Assembly (NCBI GenBank): GCA_045597865.1
Contig: JAZLKX010000025.1
Location: 192,001 to 256,000, forward strand
Source: Bacilli bacterium
Lineage (GTDB): Bacteria; Bacillota_I; Bacilli_A; RFN20; CAG-826
Direction: 5' to 3'
DNA: 64,000 nucleotides
Part shown: piece after piece, positions 47,124-57,400 of the stretch
Position numbering within the stretch: position 1 is the stretch's first letter
Layout: each line of letters opens with the position of its first letter
Translations under genes and position numbers: made by a program
The notes under the pieces: generated by a model
Told to the model about the DNA's origin: nothing
Database searches by the model: none
Seen by the model: the letters and a program-made list of their open reading frames with translations, nothing else

Positions 47124-48173
47124 TTACTCACCGGCTTCTTGGAACATTCTAAGCAAATCATCAACAGTGAGTTTTGCTTTTTCTTTTCCAGAGATATCGT
47201 GAAGTACGTGACCATGGTGGAACATAATAAGTCTGTCACCATAGGTGAGTGCATCTTTCATGTTATGAGTAATCATTAATGTTGTAAGTTTCTTGGTTCT
47301 TACGATTTTGTCAGTAAGTTCAAGAACTTTCTTTGCAGTCTTTGGATCAAGAGCTGCGGTGTGCTCATCAAGTAAAAGAATCTTTCTATCTCCATTGTAA
47401 TCATGAAGTTTATTTGATAAATCAACTAAAGCTGCAAGTTTTTCTTCTGGAGTAGAAGTTTTTGTTACTTTTCTAGTATGTTCAGCTTTAGCTTCATCAT
47501 AGAATTTACCAGCTTTTTCAGCACATTCTTTCTTCAAAGCTTTAAGCTTGTTTTTAATTTCTTTTTGTTTGGCTTTATCAGTTGTATTTCTGAGTTCAAT
47601 ATTAAGTGGACCAGATGCAACATCAAAGTTCATTTGAATGAATTCTCTTCTTGTGTCAATACGAGAATCATTTGCGGCCATTAACAAAGTTAATGCTTGT
47701 CTTTGTCCGCCGGACATACGACCAACTTTTTGATTTATTCTATCTTCAAGTCCCAAGTCAAATTGCTTAACTTGAGAGATAAAATAATCTTTAACGGTTT
47801 CGCTTGAGAATCCCCATCTAATTGGTGAGTGGTGTTTACCACGTCTATACGCAATTTCGAGGTTTTCAAGAACCGACATTTCTCCGGTGGTACCCATTCT
47901 TGGATCTTGGAAGACTCGACCGAAGTATTTAGCACGTCTAAATTCTTCCATATGAGAGATTGGCATACCAGAAAGTGAGATTTCACCTTCGGTTGGTTTA
48001 TAAGTACCAGCGATTAAGTTCATAGTGGTGGTTTTACCAGAACCATTTGAACCAATAATAGTAACGAATTCACCATCATTAATCTTTAGATTAACATGGT
48101 CTAATGCTACTTTTTTATCTCTTGAATCTCCAGAGAGATTAAAGATTTTGGTTAAATTTGTTAATTCAATCAT
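47124..48173 (-). CDS. ABC ATPase of a putative aromatic amino acid transporter, with a ~90 aa insertion
   Basis: GSNGSGKTT, RVFQDP.MGT, MSGGQRQALTLLMA, LLLDEHTAALDP, ITHNM. Confidence 0.88.
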   Translation of the reverse strand: MIELTNLTKIFNLSGDSRDKKVALDHVNLKINDGEFVTIIGSNGSGKTTTMNLIAGTYKPTEGEISLSGMPISHMEEFRRAKYFGRVFQDPRMGTTGEMSVLENLEIAYRRGKHHSPIRWGFSSETVKDYFISQVKQFDLGLEDRINQKVGRMSGGQRQALTLLMAANDSRIDTRREFIQMNFDVASGPLNIELRNTTDKAKQKEIKNKLKALKKECAEKAGKFYDEAKAEHTRKVTKTSTPEEKLAALVDLSNKLHDYNGDRKILLLDEHTAALDPKTAKKVLELTDKIVRTKKLTTLMITHNMKDALTYGDRLIMFHHGHVLHDISGKEKAKLTVDDLLRMFQEAGE

Positions 48174-49157
48174 TTATCTAGCCTCCCCAGGAATATCTTG
48201 TTTAATGCGGAACAACTTTTTAAATTCAGTTTTAATAAGTGGTAAACAAAGAGCAATTGTAATAAGTACTGCGTAGAGTAAGCTCTTAAGTTCAGTTGGT
48301 AAACCAAGTCTTGTTGCAACTGTAACAATTACAAAGTAAATAATTGAACCAAGTGCAACTGAAATAATCCAGTTTTTAAATGAACGTTTACCAAAGATTG
48401 CTTCACCAATAAGAATAGACGCAAGGCCTACAACTAAGTAGCCTGCTGCCGATACTGTTGAAACAGTCTTAACATCTTGAACGTAAAGTGAACCACCAAG
48501 TGCAATTAGTCCGTTTGCTATAGCAACACAGACAATAGTGGAGATATTTGCGTTAATTCCTTGTGAATTTGCCATGTTTTCATTTAATCCTGTAGCACGA
48601 ATAGCCATTCCGTATTCTGTGCCAAAGAAGAAATAAATGCCAAACATCACAACAAGAACAACTCCTAACATAATTGCAACTTTAATAATTTCTGCCCATG
48701 GAGCAATTGGCATCCATCTATTTGCAACATCATTGAATTGCCATGGATAACAAAGTGAGTAAATTGTTTGTTGTTCTCCACCTTTAACTATGTTAGTGAA
48801 TGAAATTGTTGATGCGAAAATGGAACCATTTCCAATTTTTGCTCCCATGATAAGCATTGCAATTGAAGCAGCTGCAGTCATGGTAATAATACCAGACAAC
48901 AATTTTGGTATTTTCAAATAGCGGTTTAAAACGCCTGTAATAATGCCACACAAACATCCACCAAGGAATGCTGCTAAAGTGGCAAGCCAAGGGTTTAAAC
49001 CATTAAAAATCATAACTGCAGAGATGGCTGCTCCAATAAGGAAACTGCCTTCAGCAGTTAAATCAGCAAAATCAAGGATTCTGTATGTAAGGAAAATACC
49101 AAGTGCTAATAAGACACATGGAAGTCCTGAAGATAAAATATTTAATATTATATCCAT
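48174..49157 (-). CDS. ABC permease of a putative aromatic amino acid transporter
   Basis: LTYRILDFADLTAEGSF, LLSGII, GMAIRATG.N, GLASILIGE. Confidence 0.88.
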   Translation of the reverse strand: MDIILNILSSGLPCVLLALGIFLTYRILDFADLTAEGSFLIGAAISAVMIFNGLNPWLATLAAFLGGCLCGIITGVLNRYLKIPKLLSGIITMTAAASIAMLIMGAKIGNGSIFASTISFTNIVKGGEQQTIYSLCYPWQFNDVANRWMPIAPWAEIIKVAIMLGVVLVVMFGIYFFFGTEYGMAIRATGLNENMANSQGINANISTIVCVAIANGLIALGGSLYVQDVKTVSTVSAAGYLVVGLASILIGEAIFGKRSFKNWIISVALGSIIYFVIVTVATRLGLPTELKSLLYAVLITIALCLPLIKTEFKKLFRIKQDIPGEAR

Positions 49158-49171
49158 TTACAAAAACCTAC

Positions 49172-50161
49172 TTATTTTGCGGAGATATCAGTGAAATTTT
49201 TAGTAATTGATTCTGGAAGAGTAATTCCTGAATCTGCTAAGTTAGCGGAAGAATAGACTCTTGAGCAAGTAGAAGCATCCATAAATTTAACTGGGAAATC
49301 AGATGGTTTCTTGCCATTTTTAATGATTTCAACAGCCATCTTACCAGCTTCTTTACCAAGTTGTTTGTAATCAACTGAAATGGTAATGTGGCCGCCATCT
49401 TGAAGCATGCCTTCTTCGCCACAGACAACTAAAACTCCTTTGGAGTTAGCTGCTTGTTTTACATCGTTCATGTGTGCTGCAATGTTATTGTCGGTTGGGA
49501 CATAAATTGCATCAACTTCTTCAGCAAGAGCTAAAGCAGCAGCATTAATATCTGATGGTCCAGAGACTGCTTTTTCTTTAACTGTAACGCCTCTTCCTTC
49601 AACGATAGATTTAACTTGATCCTTTTGAATTACTGAGTTTTCTTCACTTTGTGTGTATAGAACACCAAGTCTTGTTGCAGATGGAAGAATTTGATTGATA
49701 AGTAAAAGTTGTTCAGCAATTGGTTGAGCATCACTTGTACCACAGACAAATCCATTAGTGTTTTCAACACTAGAAACTAAGTTTGCAGAAACTGGATCTG
49801 TAACAGCAGAGAAGAAAACTGGATTTGTAAGTCCTTTTTCAATTGATGCTGACATAAGTTGCTTTGAAGCTCCTGTTCCAAGGCCAAAGGTCATGTCTTT
49901 TGTTGAGACTAAGTCTTTAGCCATTGCTGTTAAGTCTGCATCGTTTCCGCCTGCGTTCTTAATATCAAAGCTATAATCTACACCTTGAACTAAACCAGCT
50001 TCATCTAAAGCTTCTTTAAAACCATTTGCACAAGTTCTAAGTGCAGCGTGTTCAACTGGGAGTAAAACACCGATTTTGCATTTAGCGTTGTCGCCGCATG
50101 ATGCGAGACCTGCCGCAGCAGTTGCCAAAGCAAGTAATGAGATTAATTTTGATTTTTTCAT
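49172..50161 (-). CDS. ABC substrate-binding lipoprotein (putative Trp/Tyr/Phe-binding family)
   Basis: AAGGAG RBS before the ATG at 50161; lipobox LASC; VEHAAL, FSAVTDP, GTSD, YVPTDN, VDY.QLG. Confidence 0.85.
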   Translation of the reverse strand: MKKSKLISLLALATAAAGLASCGDNAKCKIGVLLPVEHAALRTCANGFKEALDEAGLVQGVDYSFDIKNAGGNDADLTAMAKDLVSTKDMTFGLGTGASKQLMSASIEKGLTNPVFFSAVTDPVSANLVSSVENTNGFVCGTSDAQPIAEQLLLINQILPSATRLGVLYTQSEENSVIQKDQVKSIVEGRGVTVKEKAVSGPSDINAAALALAEEVDAIYVPTDNNIAAHMNDVKQAANSKGVLVVCGEEGMLQDGGHITISVDYKQLGKEAGKMAVEIIKNGKKPSDFPVKFMDASTCSRVYSSANLADSGITLPESITKNFTDISAK

Positions 50162-50180
50162 AAAATTTAATACTCCTTTC

Positions 50181-50209
50181 AAAAATAAATCCCGGGAGTG
50201 AACACCGGG
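50181..50209 (-). terminator. Putative attenuator terminator in the transporter leader
   Basis: On the minus strand, CCCGG-N9-CCGGG followed by ATTTATTTTT, just upstream of the RBS. Confidence 0.55.
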
Positions 50210-50269
50210 CTATCTTTGCTTGGTGTTCAACTTTCGTCTCCCACCAATTATTTTTACAGCAGGAAACAA

Positions 50270-50341
50270 TTACCTATAGTAAAAATAACCAAAGTAAAAA
50301 GCATTGATATTATTGATTTTTGAAACACAATTTTTAATCAT
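50270..50341 (-). CDS. Putative Phe/Tyr-rich attenuation leader peptide MIKNCVSKINNINAFYFGYFYYR
   Basis: 23-aa ORF after a purine-rich AGGTAGGAAG; 3 Phe and 4 Tyr among the last 9 sense codons; overlaps alternative helices upstream of the transporter. Confidence 0.75.
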   Translation of the reverse strand: MIKNCVSKINNINAFYFGYFYYR

Positions 50342-50427
50342 TTTGCTTCCTACCTTGCGTATATATTAACTTATTTAAAATAAAAGTGTTAGAAAAATTG
50401 AAAAATGTTCGATTGATTATTAGCCTT

Positions 50428-50466
50428 TACTAAATATTTAGTATTTGTTTAAAAAAGTGGTATAAT
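50428..50466 (+). promoter_or_regulatory. marR promoter with a perfect 16-bp palindrome (candidate operator)
   Basis: TACTAAAT|ATTTAGTA at 50428-50443 and an extended -10 TGGTATAAT at 50458-50466. Confidence 0.5.
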
Positions 50467-50490
50467 AGTAAACTGTAGGGACTATCTACT

Positions 50491-50922
50491 ATGGAAAAAG
50501 AGCTTAAAGAGATTAAAATTAACTGGTTCAAAGTCAGTAGTATTTATAATAAACTCGCTGATAGACATTTAGTGAACTTTTTCTCTATGCGTGTTTTCAA
50601 TTTAATTTATATTTTCGAAAATGAATGTACCCAAAAGAAGATCGTTGAATTTACTGGTGCTCCAAAGCAATCAGTTAACAATGTTGTTCAAGATTTTCTT
50701 TCTAAAGGTTACGTAAAATTAGTAGCTAATCCTAAGGATAAAAGATACAAAATTATCAAAGTTACCAAAAAAGGAAAAGAACTATATCAATCAACTCTTT
50801 TAAACATTGAAGATGCTGAATTGAAGGTTTTGTCCAATTTTAGTGATGAAGAAATAAAGTCATTTATTAGTTTTTCGTGGAAGTACAATGAATTGCTCGA
50901 GAAGGAAGTTGAGAAGATTTAA
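50491..50922 (+). CDS. MarR family transcriptional regulator
   Basis: TQKKI...PKQSVNNVV..F..KGYV...DKR.K.I.VT.KG winged-helix pattern. Confidence 0.9.
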   Translation: MEKELKEIKINWFKVSSIYNKLADRHLVNFFSMRVFNLIYIFENECTQKKIVEFTGAPKQSVNNVVQDFLSKGYVKLVANPKDKRYKIIKVTKKGKELYQSTLLNIEDAELKVLSNFSDEEIKSFISFSWKYNELLEKEVEKI

Positions 50923-50923
50923 T

Positions 50924-53900
50924 ATGAAGAAGTTTTCTAAGATTTTAATTTTGTTAACACCATTAGTTTTATCTAGTTGTGATTTTAATTTTAGCCAATT
51001 AACTGAAAAGAACTTAGTATTTTCTGATCCAATGGCTTTCCAATATAGAGTTGGTGATGTTTTTGATGATTTTGTCGAAAATGGTGGACTTAATGTTGAC
51101 GTTAAAATGTCTGATGATTCCATTAAGGAATTAAATAAAGAAGAATTTAGATACACTATAAAGGATTCAAATGGTAATTTTATTACCCCTACAAGAGCCT
51201 TTACTAAAGAAGGAGATTATACAGTCTCTGTAACAAGAAATATGTTAGAACCAATTTCTGAATCTATCAGTGTTGGAAAGAAATTATCTGGTGTAGTTTT
51301 AACAAGCATTTCTGCATCTGGCTACACAAATACAGTTTCTCAAGGTGATAGCTATAGTTATGATGGTGTTGTTACCGCCACTTATAGTGATGGCACAACA
51401 AAAGATGTAACATTATTAGCAGATAAAGGCAGCATTTCGACCGCAAACATAGGTATTGAAACAGGACTTATTTCATACACTGAAGATGAGATTACTAAAA
51501 CAACTCAATATTCAGTTGAAGTAACAGAAAAAGCACCAGAATATGAAACAATCACAGTTGATGAAGCTGTCGCAATTATTGATGGATTAACTCAAAACGT
51601 TGTTAGCGACCAAGAATATTACGTTAAAGGCGTTGTAACCGGTGTTGAAAAAGACCAAAATGGCTTTAATGGTAGTTTCTTAAATTCAAATCTTAAATTT
51701 AGATCAATTAAAGAAAATGGTGTTGCTAATACCGTTGATGAAATTGATGGTAAAGAAGTTATCATTTTTGGTTATTTAGAAAATTATAATGGAATTTATC
51801 AAATTCCTTATTTACCAGTTTCCGCATCTCCTACAGGTCAAAAATATAATGGTAAGTTAATCTGGGTTGAATCAAGCGGAAGCGAAGAGACTATTGATGT
51901 TACTAACGTTTCAATTTCACCAATTAACAAGACATTAAAAGTTAATGAAACTTACACTTTATCCGCTAAAGTTTTGCCAGAAAACGCAACTGATAAGTCA
52001 ATCACATGGAGTTCAAGTGACTCAAGTGTTTGTTCAGTTACTAGCGCTGGCGTTATTAAAGGTCTTAAGACTGGTAATGCAATAATTACTGCAACTACAA
52101 GTAATAACTTGACAGCAGAATGTTCCGTTACGGTAATCAGTGGTGGATCAACTCCAATTGAGGGTAATAAATATGAAATTGCCTTCAATAAGTATGAAGT
52201 TGATGGCCAAACAGAACTTAACATTTCGACTGTTTATGACCAAATTACAGCTGGTGCAGATAATATTTCATCATTTACATATGTTTCTAAGATTTATAAA
52301 GGAACTGATGGTTTAAAATTTGGTTCTAATAGATCTGGTGGACAAATAACATTTGATTTATCAAATGAAATTAGTTCAATTGAATGCTCTCAGATCATTG
52401 TTGATGTTTCTCAATATGGCACAACCTCCACAACAATAAATGTTTCTGCAGATGATAGTTTAATTGTTTCTGGATCATCTGCTGATTCACAAATTATTGG
52501 AACACTTTCAAAACCAAAAGAAATTAGTGAAATTTCAATTAGAACATCAGCTAGAGCTTATGTATCTAAAGTTACTTTAGTATGTGCTGAAATTGAAGAA
52601 ATTCCTGTTACAAGCATCTCAATTCCAAGCTCTAAAACAATCTCAATTGGTAATAGTGAACAACTTACAGTTACATACACACCTAGTAACGCAAATACAG
52701 GCAAGAAAATTACCTGGACTTCAAACAAAACTAGTGTTGCTACAGTTGAAGATGGATTAGTTAGAGGAATTGCTGCAGGAACTGCTACAATTACTGCCAC
52801 ATCAGAGGGTGGTTATACCTCAACTTGTTCTGTTACAGTTAACGAAGTTGCAGTTACAAGCGTTTCAGTTTCTCCAACATCACAAACTATGTCTGTTGGT
52901 TCAACAAAACAACTTACAGCAACTATTTCTCCAAGCAACGCTTCAAATAAAACTCTTACTTGGAGTTCATCTAAACCAACTGTTGCTTCAGTAAGTTCTG
53001 ATGGCCTTGTAACAGCTAATGCTGTTGGTAGTGCAACAATTACCGTAAAATCAAATAATAACAAGACTGCAACATGCTCAATTACCGTTGAAGAATCAAC
53101 TAAAGATGCATGGACAATTCTTATTTATATGTGTGGTGCTGATCTTGAGTCAGAATCAGGCTTAGCAACCAGTGACATTAAGGAAATTCTTTCCGTCTCA
53201 AATCAACCAAGCGATGTTAATATTGTTATTGAAACTGGTGGCGCAAAATCATGGTCACTTTCAAGCACATATTTAAGCGGTGCTACTAAGATTGATTCTT
53301 CTAAACTTTCAAGATGGCACGTTGCTAATAAAAAACTTGTTTTTGATGAATCATTAACGTATGCATCTATGGGCGCAAGTTCAACACTCCAATCATTCGT
53401 TGAATACGGAATTAGAGAATATCCAGCAGAAAAAACTGGTGTCATTTTCTGGAACCATGGCGGTGCAATGTATGGTTGTTGTTACGACGAAAAGAAGAAC
53501 GATGATTCACTTGTAAATAGTGAGATGAAAGAAGCCTTCTCAAACGCTCTTTTTAATACCGGTTCAAGTAAACTTGAATTTGTTGGATATGATACATGTT
53601 TAACACAAGTTCAAGACATTGCAGAATTCAACTCAAATTATTTCAATTACATGATTGCTTCTGAGGAAGCTGAAGCCGGTGAAGGATGGGACTATGATAC
53701 ATGGGTTGATGACCTTTATGCAAAGAAAGAAACAAGCACAATTTTAACTGCAATTGTTGATGGATTTATTACCGATAATGGCGGCGCAAGTTCAACTCGT
53801 TCAGATCAAACATTATCATGGCTTGATTTAACAGCTATGCCAGCGTATAAAACTGCATTTGAAAACTTTGCTTCTGCTTTAAAAACTAAGTTATCTAATA

Positions 53901-54259
53901 GCGGTGTAAGCAAATCAACATTTGCATCTTGGATGAGCAAAAATGTTAAGGCATTCTGTACTGACTCTGATGAAGATGAAAAATACTATTGTCTATTCGA
54001 TGTCAAAGACATGATCAATGATTTATCAAGCAGTTCATATAATCCTGGTTCAAGTTATTTAGATGCAGTTGATTCTGCCTTCTCAAATTTAGTTAAGTAT
54101 AGTGTTGCTCAAAAGGGTGCTGGAAACGCTTATGGATTAGGTTGTATTTATTGCCAAGCTTCAACGTATAGCAGTTATATTAAGAGTGCTTATACAGCAG
54201 GCGAAACCAACTTCTCGAACTGGTTAAGTTTCTGCAAAACATACAGCTATTTAGCATAA
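50924..54259 (+). CDS. Lipoprotein clostripain-family (C11) cysteine protease with Ig-like repeats and an OB-like domain
   Basis: Likely ATG at 50924; lipobox LSSC; three Big_2 repeats; WTILIYMCGADLES, YPAEK, WNHGG (catalytic His), GYDTC (catalytic Cys), IASEEAE.G.GWDY. Confidence 0.88.
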   Translation: MKKFSKILILLTPLVLSSCDFNFSQLTEKNLVFSDPMAFQYRVGDVFDDFVENGGLNVDVKMSDDSIKELNKEEFRYTIKDSNGNFITPTRAFTKEGDYTVSVTRNMLEPISESISVGKKLSGVVLTSISASGYTNTVSQGDSYSYDGVVTATYSDGTTKDVTLLADKGSISTANIGIETGLISYTEDEITKTTQYSVEVTEKAPEYETITVDEAVAIIDGLTQNVVSDQEYYVKGVVTGVEKDQNGFNGSFLNSNLKFRSIKENGVANTVDEIDGKEVIIFGYLENYNGIYQIPYLPVSASPTGQKYNGKLIWVESSGSEETIDVTNVSISPINKTLKVNETYTLSAKVLPENATDKSITWSSSDSSVCSVTSAGVIKGLKTGNAIITATTSNNLTAECSVTVISGGSTPIEGNKYEIAFNKYEVDGQTELNISTVYDQITAGADNISSFTYVSKIYKGTDGLKFGSNRSGGQITFDLSNEISSIECSQIIVDVSQYGTTSTTINVSADDSLIVSGSSADSQIIGTLSKPKEISEISIRTSARAYVSKVTLVCAEIEEIPVTSISIPSSKTISIGNSEQLTVTYTPSNANTGKKITWTSNKTSVATVEDGLVRGIAAGTATITATSEGGYTSTCSVTVNEVAVTSVSVSPTSQTMSVGSTKQLTATISPSNASNKTLTWSSSKPTVASVSSDGLVTANAVGSATITVKSNNNKTATCSITVEESTKDAWTILIYMCGADLESESGLATSDIKEILSVSNQPSDVNIVIETGGAKSWSLSSTYLSGATKIDSSKLSRWHVANKKLVFDESLTYASMGASSTLQSFVEYGIREYPAEKTGVIFWNHGGAMYGCCYDEKKNDDSLVNSEMKEAFSNALFNTGSSKLEFVGYDTCLTQVQDIAEFNSNYFNYMIASEEAEAGEGWDYDTWVDDLYAKKETSTILTAIVDGFITDNGGASSTRSDQTLSWLDLTAMPAYKTAFENFASALKTKLSNSGVSKSTFASWMSKNVKAFCTDSDEDEKYYCLFDVKDMINDLSSSSYNPGSSYLDAVDSAFSNLVKYSVAQKGAGNAYGLGCIYCQASTYSSYIKSAYTAGETNFSNWLSFCKTYSYLA

Positions 54260-54269
54260 TAAAATTATC

Positions 54270-54316
54270 AGAAAACGCTTTCTTTAGAAAACTCTATCGA
54301 GAGCGTTTTTTATTTT
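54270..54316 (+). terminator. Intrinsic terminator
   Basis: AAAACGCTTTC ... GAGAGCGTTTT followed by a T run. Confidence 0.65.
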
Positions 54317-54449
54317 CAAAATTTATTTAGAAAATGATTAAAGTTTCGATTGGATCTTATTTTTTACATTTAAAACTGAAATTTTCCCATTAATTTGATA
54401 CACTTTAATTAATTAAAAATCTAATTTAGACCCGGCTAGATTTTACTAT

Positions 54450-57400
54450 ATGAAAAATAGAAATAAATTATTTACATCAATTGCTATATTAGGATCAGCT
54501 ATTTTTGCTATGGTTCTTACTGCAGGCACTGGAGTTTTTGAAGCTTTAGGTTTATTTAATAGCTCTAGAGCAACAAATAATGGAACTTATGCTATTAACT
54601 TCACCAATAAGAAAAATGCTTATCTAGGAGAAGGGACACAAGTTGTTCTTACAGAAAATGGCGGTGCAGTTAATTTTTCATTTTCAAATTGTGCAAAATT
54701 GACAGGTGGTTTTGCTACCATAAACAATGGCGGAACCATTTCAAATAATGAGCAGATCACTTCAATTAACAAAGTTAATGCTGTTTATACTGCTTCTACC
54801 GGAGCTTCTTTAAAATTCAAAGCCTCTTTAGATAAAATTCATTGGGGCGAATATGTTACTATTGCTTCAGATGCAGATTTTATATTAGATTCCCATCCTT
54901 ATTATTTACAATTTGCTGCTGATGGTGGATCTATTAACATTGAAAGCTTAAACATAAGTTTCCTTTGTTCTCCAAATCCAAATGCTGAAAAAGAAGGCGG
55001 CGATTCAATCTTTAGACTCAAGAAAGATTTCGACTGTGATGAAGACATTTCTGGAACTTACTTAATTGTCGGCAATGCAAGAAATAACACAAATGTTTGT
55101 CTTGATGGTTCATTATCTAGTGGTTTTGCTGATAACAATAGCGGATATCCAGTAACAATTAATTCTGATAGCACAATCACATATAGTGAAGAATTAAATG
55201 ATAGGACATTCACTATCAGTAAATATGATGTTGGTTCAGATGGATACTATATGTATGATGTTAAGGCTGCTTCTGGAGTTTATATAGGAACTGATTCTGC
55301 AAAATCTATTAAAACATCTACTACAGCGCATTATTTTGATAATGAATTCTGGTATGGTAGTGACGAAAGCCGTGACAATGGCGAAACTACATTCTTAAAA
55401 TTCTATTCTGGCGGATATTATTTACGCTATAACTACGACAACAATACTCCTCCAACAAATAAGTTCAATTTCTATAACAACTTTAATATGCAAGATGTGT
55501 ATCTTTATCAATTATTTGGTGAAGGCGGTGGCGGTGATCCAACACCAGTTTACGAATCTGGTATTTTGCACACAGCAAACAAGACAACATTCTCCGTAAA
55601 TGAAAAATTAAATGATTTCCTCGATTCAGATGAAGGCGTTAAAATTTCCGTTAGAATGTCTGATGGATCTACAACATCGATAACAAAAGATAAATATAAT
55701 GTTAAGATTGAAGACTCTTTAGGAAATGAAGTTTTACCAACAAGTGAATTCCCACATGCTGGACTTTACTATGTAACTATCAGTTATAAAGCTTTACTTC
55801 CAATTACATTTACAATTAATGCAAATGATTTTGCTACATCAATCACAGCATTTAAGACAACAACAAGTTATGATGTTGGCGATGCAATTAATTTAAGCGA
55901 TGTTACTGCAAAGGTTAATTATTATATTGAAGAAACAGATCAATTTATTACTTATAGCAATTTTGCTGCAAACAATTTAACTGCAACATTGAAAAATCCA
56001 AGCGGACAAACTGTCTCCACTAGTGGAACATTTAATGTTTCAGGCAGATGGCATTTAGTCATTTCTCTTATCGATAATCCTTCAATTTCTACAACTGTTG
56101 ATATCGACGTTGCTGTTGTTAGTGTTACATCTATTACATTAGATAAAACTAGTGCAACAATCGAAATTGGTTCACAAGAAACGATTACTCCGACAGTTTT
56201 GCCAGAAAATGCCTCAGATAAAGGTGTTACATGGACATCCAGCGCATCATCAGTTGCATCAGTAAGCGGTGGTGTTGTTACTGCATTGGCTGAAGGTACT
56301 GCCACCATTACTGCAAAAGCAGGAAATTATACAGCTACATGCAATGTTACTGTTATTCCTGTTTATGTTGATGGTATTTCAGTTGCCTCATTGGGCAATA
56401 TGAACATTGGTGACGAAAGAGATCTTAACGTTACAATTTCACCTGCAAATGCAACAAACAAAACTGTTTCATATTCCACAAATCCAGCTGGTATCGTAAG
56501 CATTACTGCAGATGGTAAAGTTACTGCAATTGCAGCAGGATCTACTGTTATTACAGTTACAACTGAAGATGGTAGTTACTTTGCAACAACATCTGTAACT
56601 GTTTCTGCAGTGAATGTTTCAAGCGTTACTCTAGATAAAACTGAGCTTGATTTAACAATTGATGATTCTGCAGTTACATTGAATGCAACTGTTTTACCAG
56701 CAAACGCCACAAATAAAGGTATTATTTGGTCTTCTGATGATAATACAGTAGCCACAGTTTCTGGTGATGGAAGTGCAGCATCTGTAACACCAGTTGCTGT
56801 TGGAACAGCCACAATTACTGCAACTTCTGCATCAGACAGCACAAAATATGCAGAATGCGAAGTAACTGTGTCAAAAATAAAATCTTGGACATTAGTAACC
56901 AATACTTCCCAATTAATTAATGGTAACAAATATGTTTTTGTTTCCTATGAAGCTGGAAAAGATTCGAATTATTATGCACTTTCTTCTAATCAGTTTGAAA
57001 AGAATAGAAGAGGGACATTAGTTAATAAAAATGAAAATACTATTACCTCGGTTTCAAATGCTGAATATCCAATTGCTGAATTTACATTAGGTACTGGTAG
57101 TCAAAACGGCACTTACAGTTTCTATGATTCAGTTAGTTATTCAGAATCAACTAAAACCAATGTTGGTTATTTATTCGCATCATCAAGCAGTTCAAATAAT
57201 CTTAATACAGAAAGTACAATTTCTGTTAATTCTAGTTGGACGGTCAGTATCGATTCAGACGGAGAAGCCTCTATTATCGCTGAAAGCTCTACAAATAGAA
57301 ATGTTATGCAATTTAATTATAACAATGGGTCGCCATTGTTTGCTTGCTATGCAAGTGCTTCTCAAACATCAGTTTGTTTATACACAAACTCTGAGGGTGG

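Noticed and set aside
47385-47678. Intein in the ABC ATPase
   Set aside because: No N-terminal Cys/Ser block and no terminal His-Asn followed by Cys/Ser/Thr; the composition is helical K/E-rich.
50235-50250. T-box upstream of the aromatic amino acid transporter (minus strand AATTGGTGGGAGACG)
   Set aside because: Only partly similar: it lacks the UGGNACC bulge and I see no Stem I. The leader-peptide model fits better, though a degenerate T-box relic is not excluded without cmscan.
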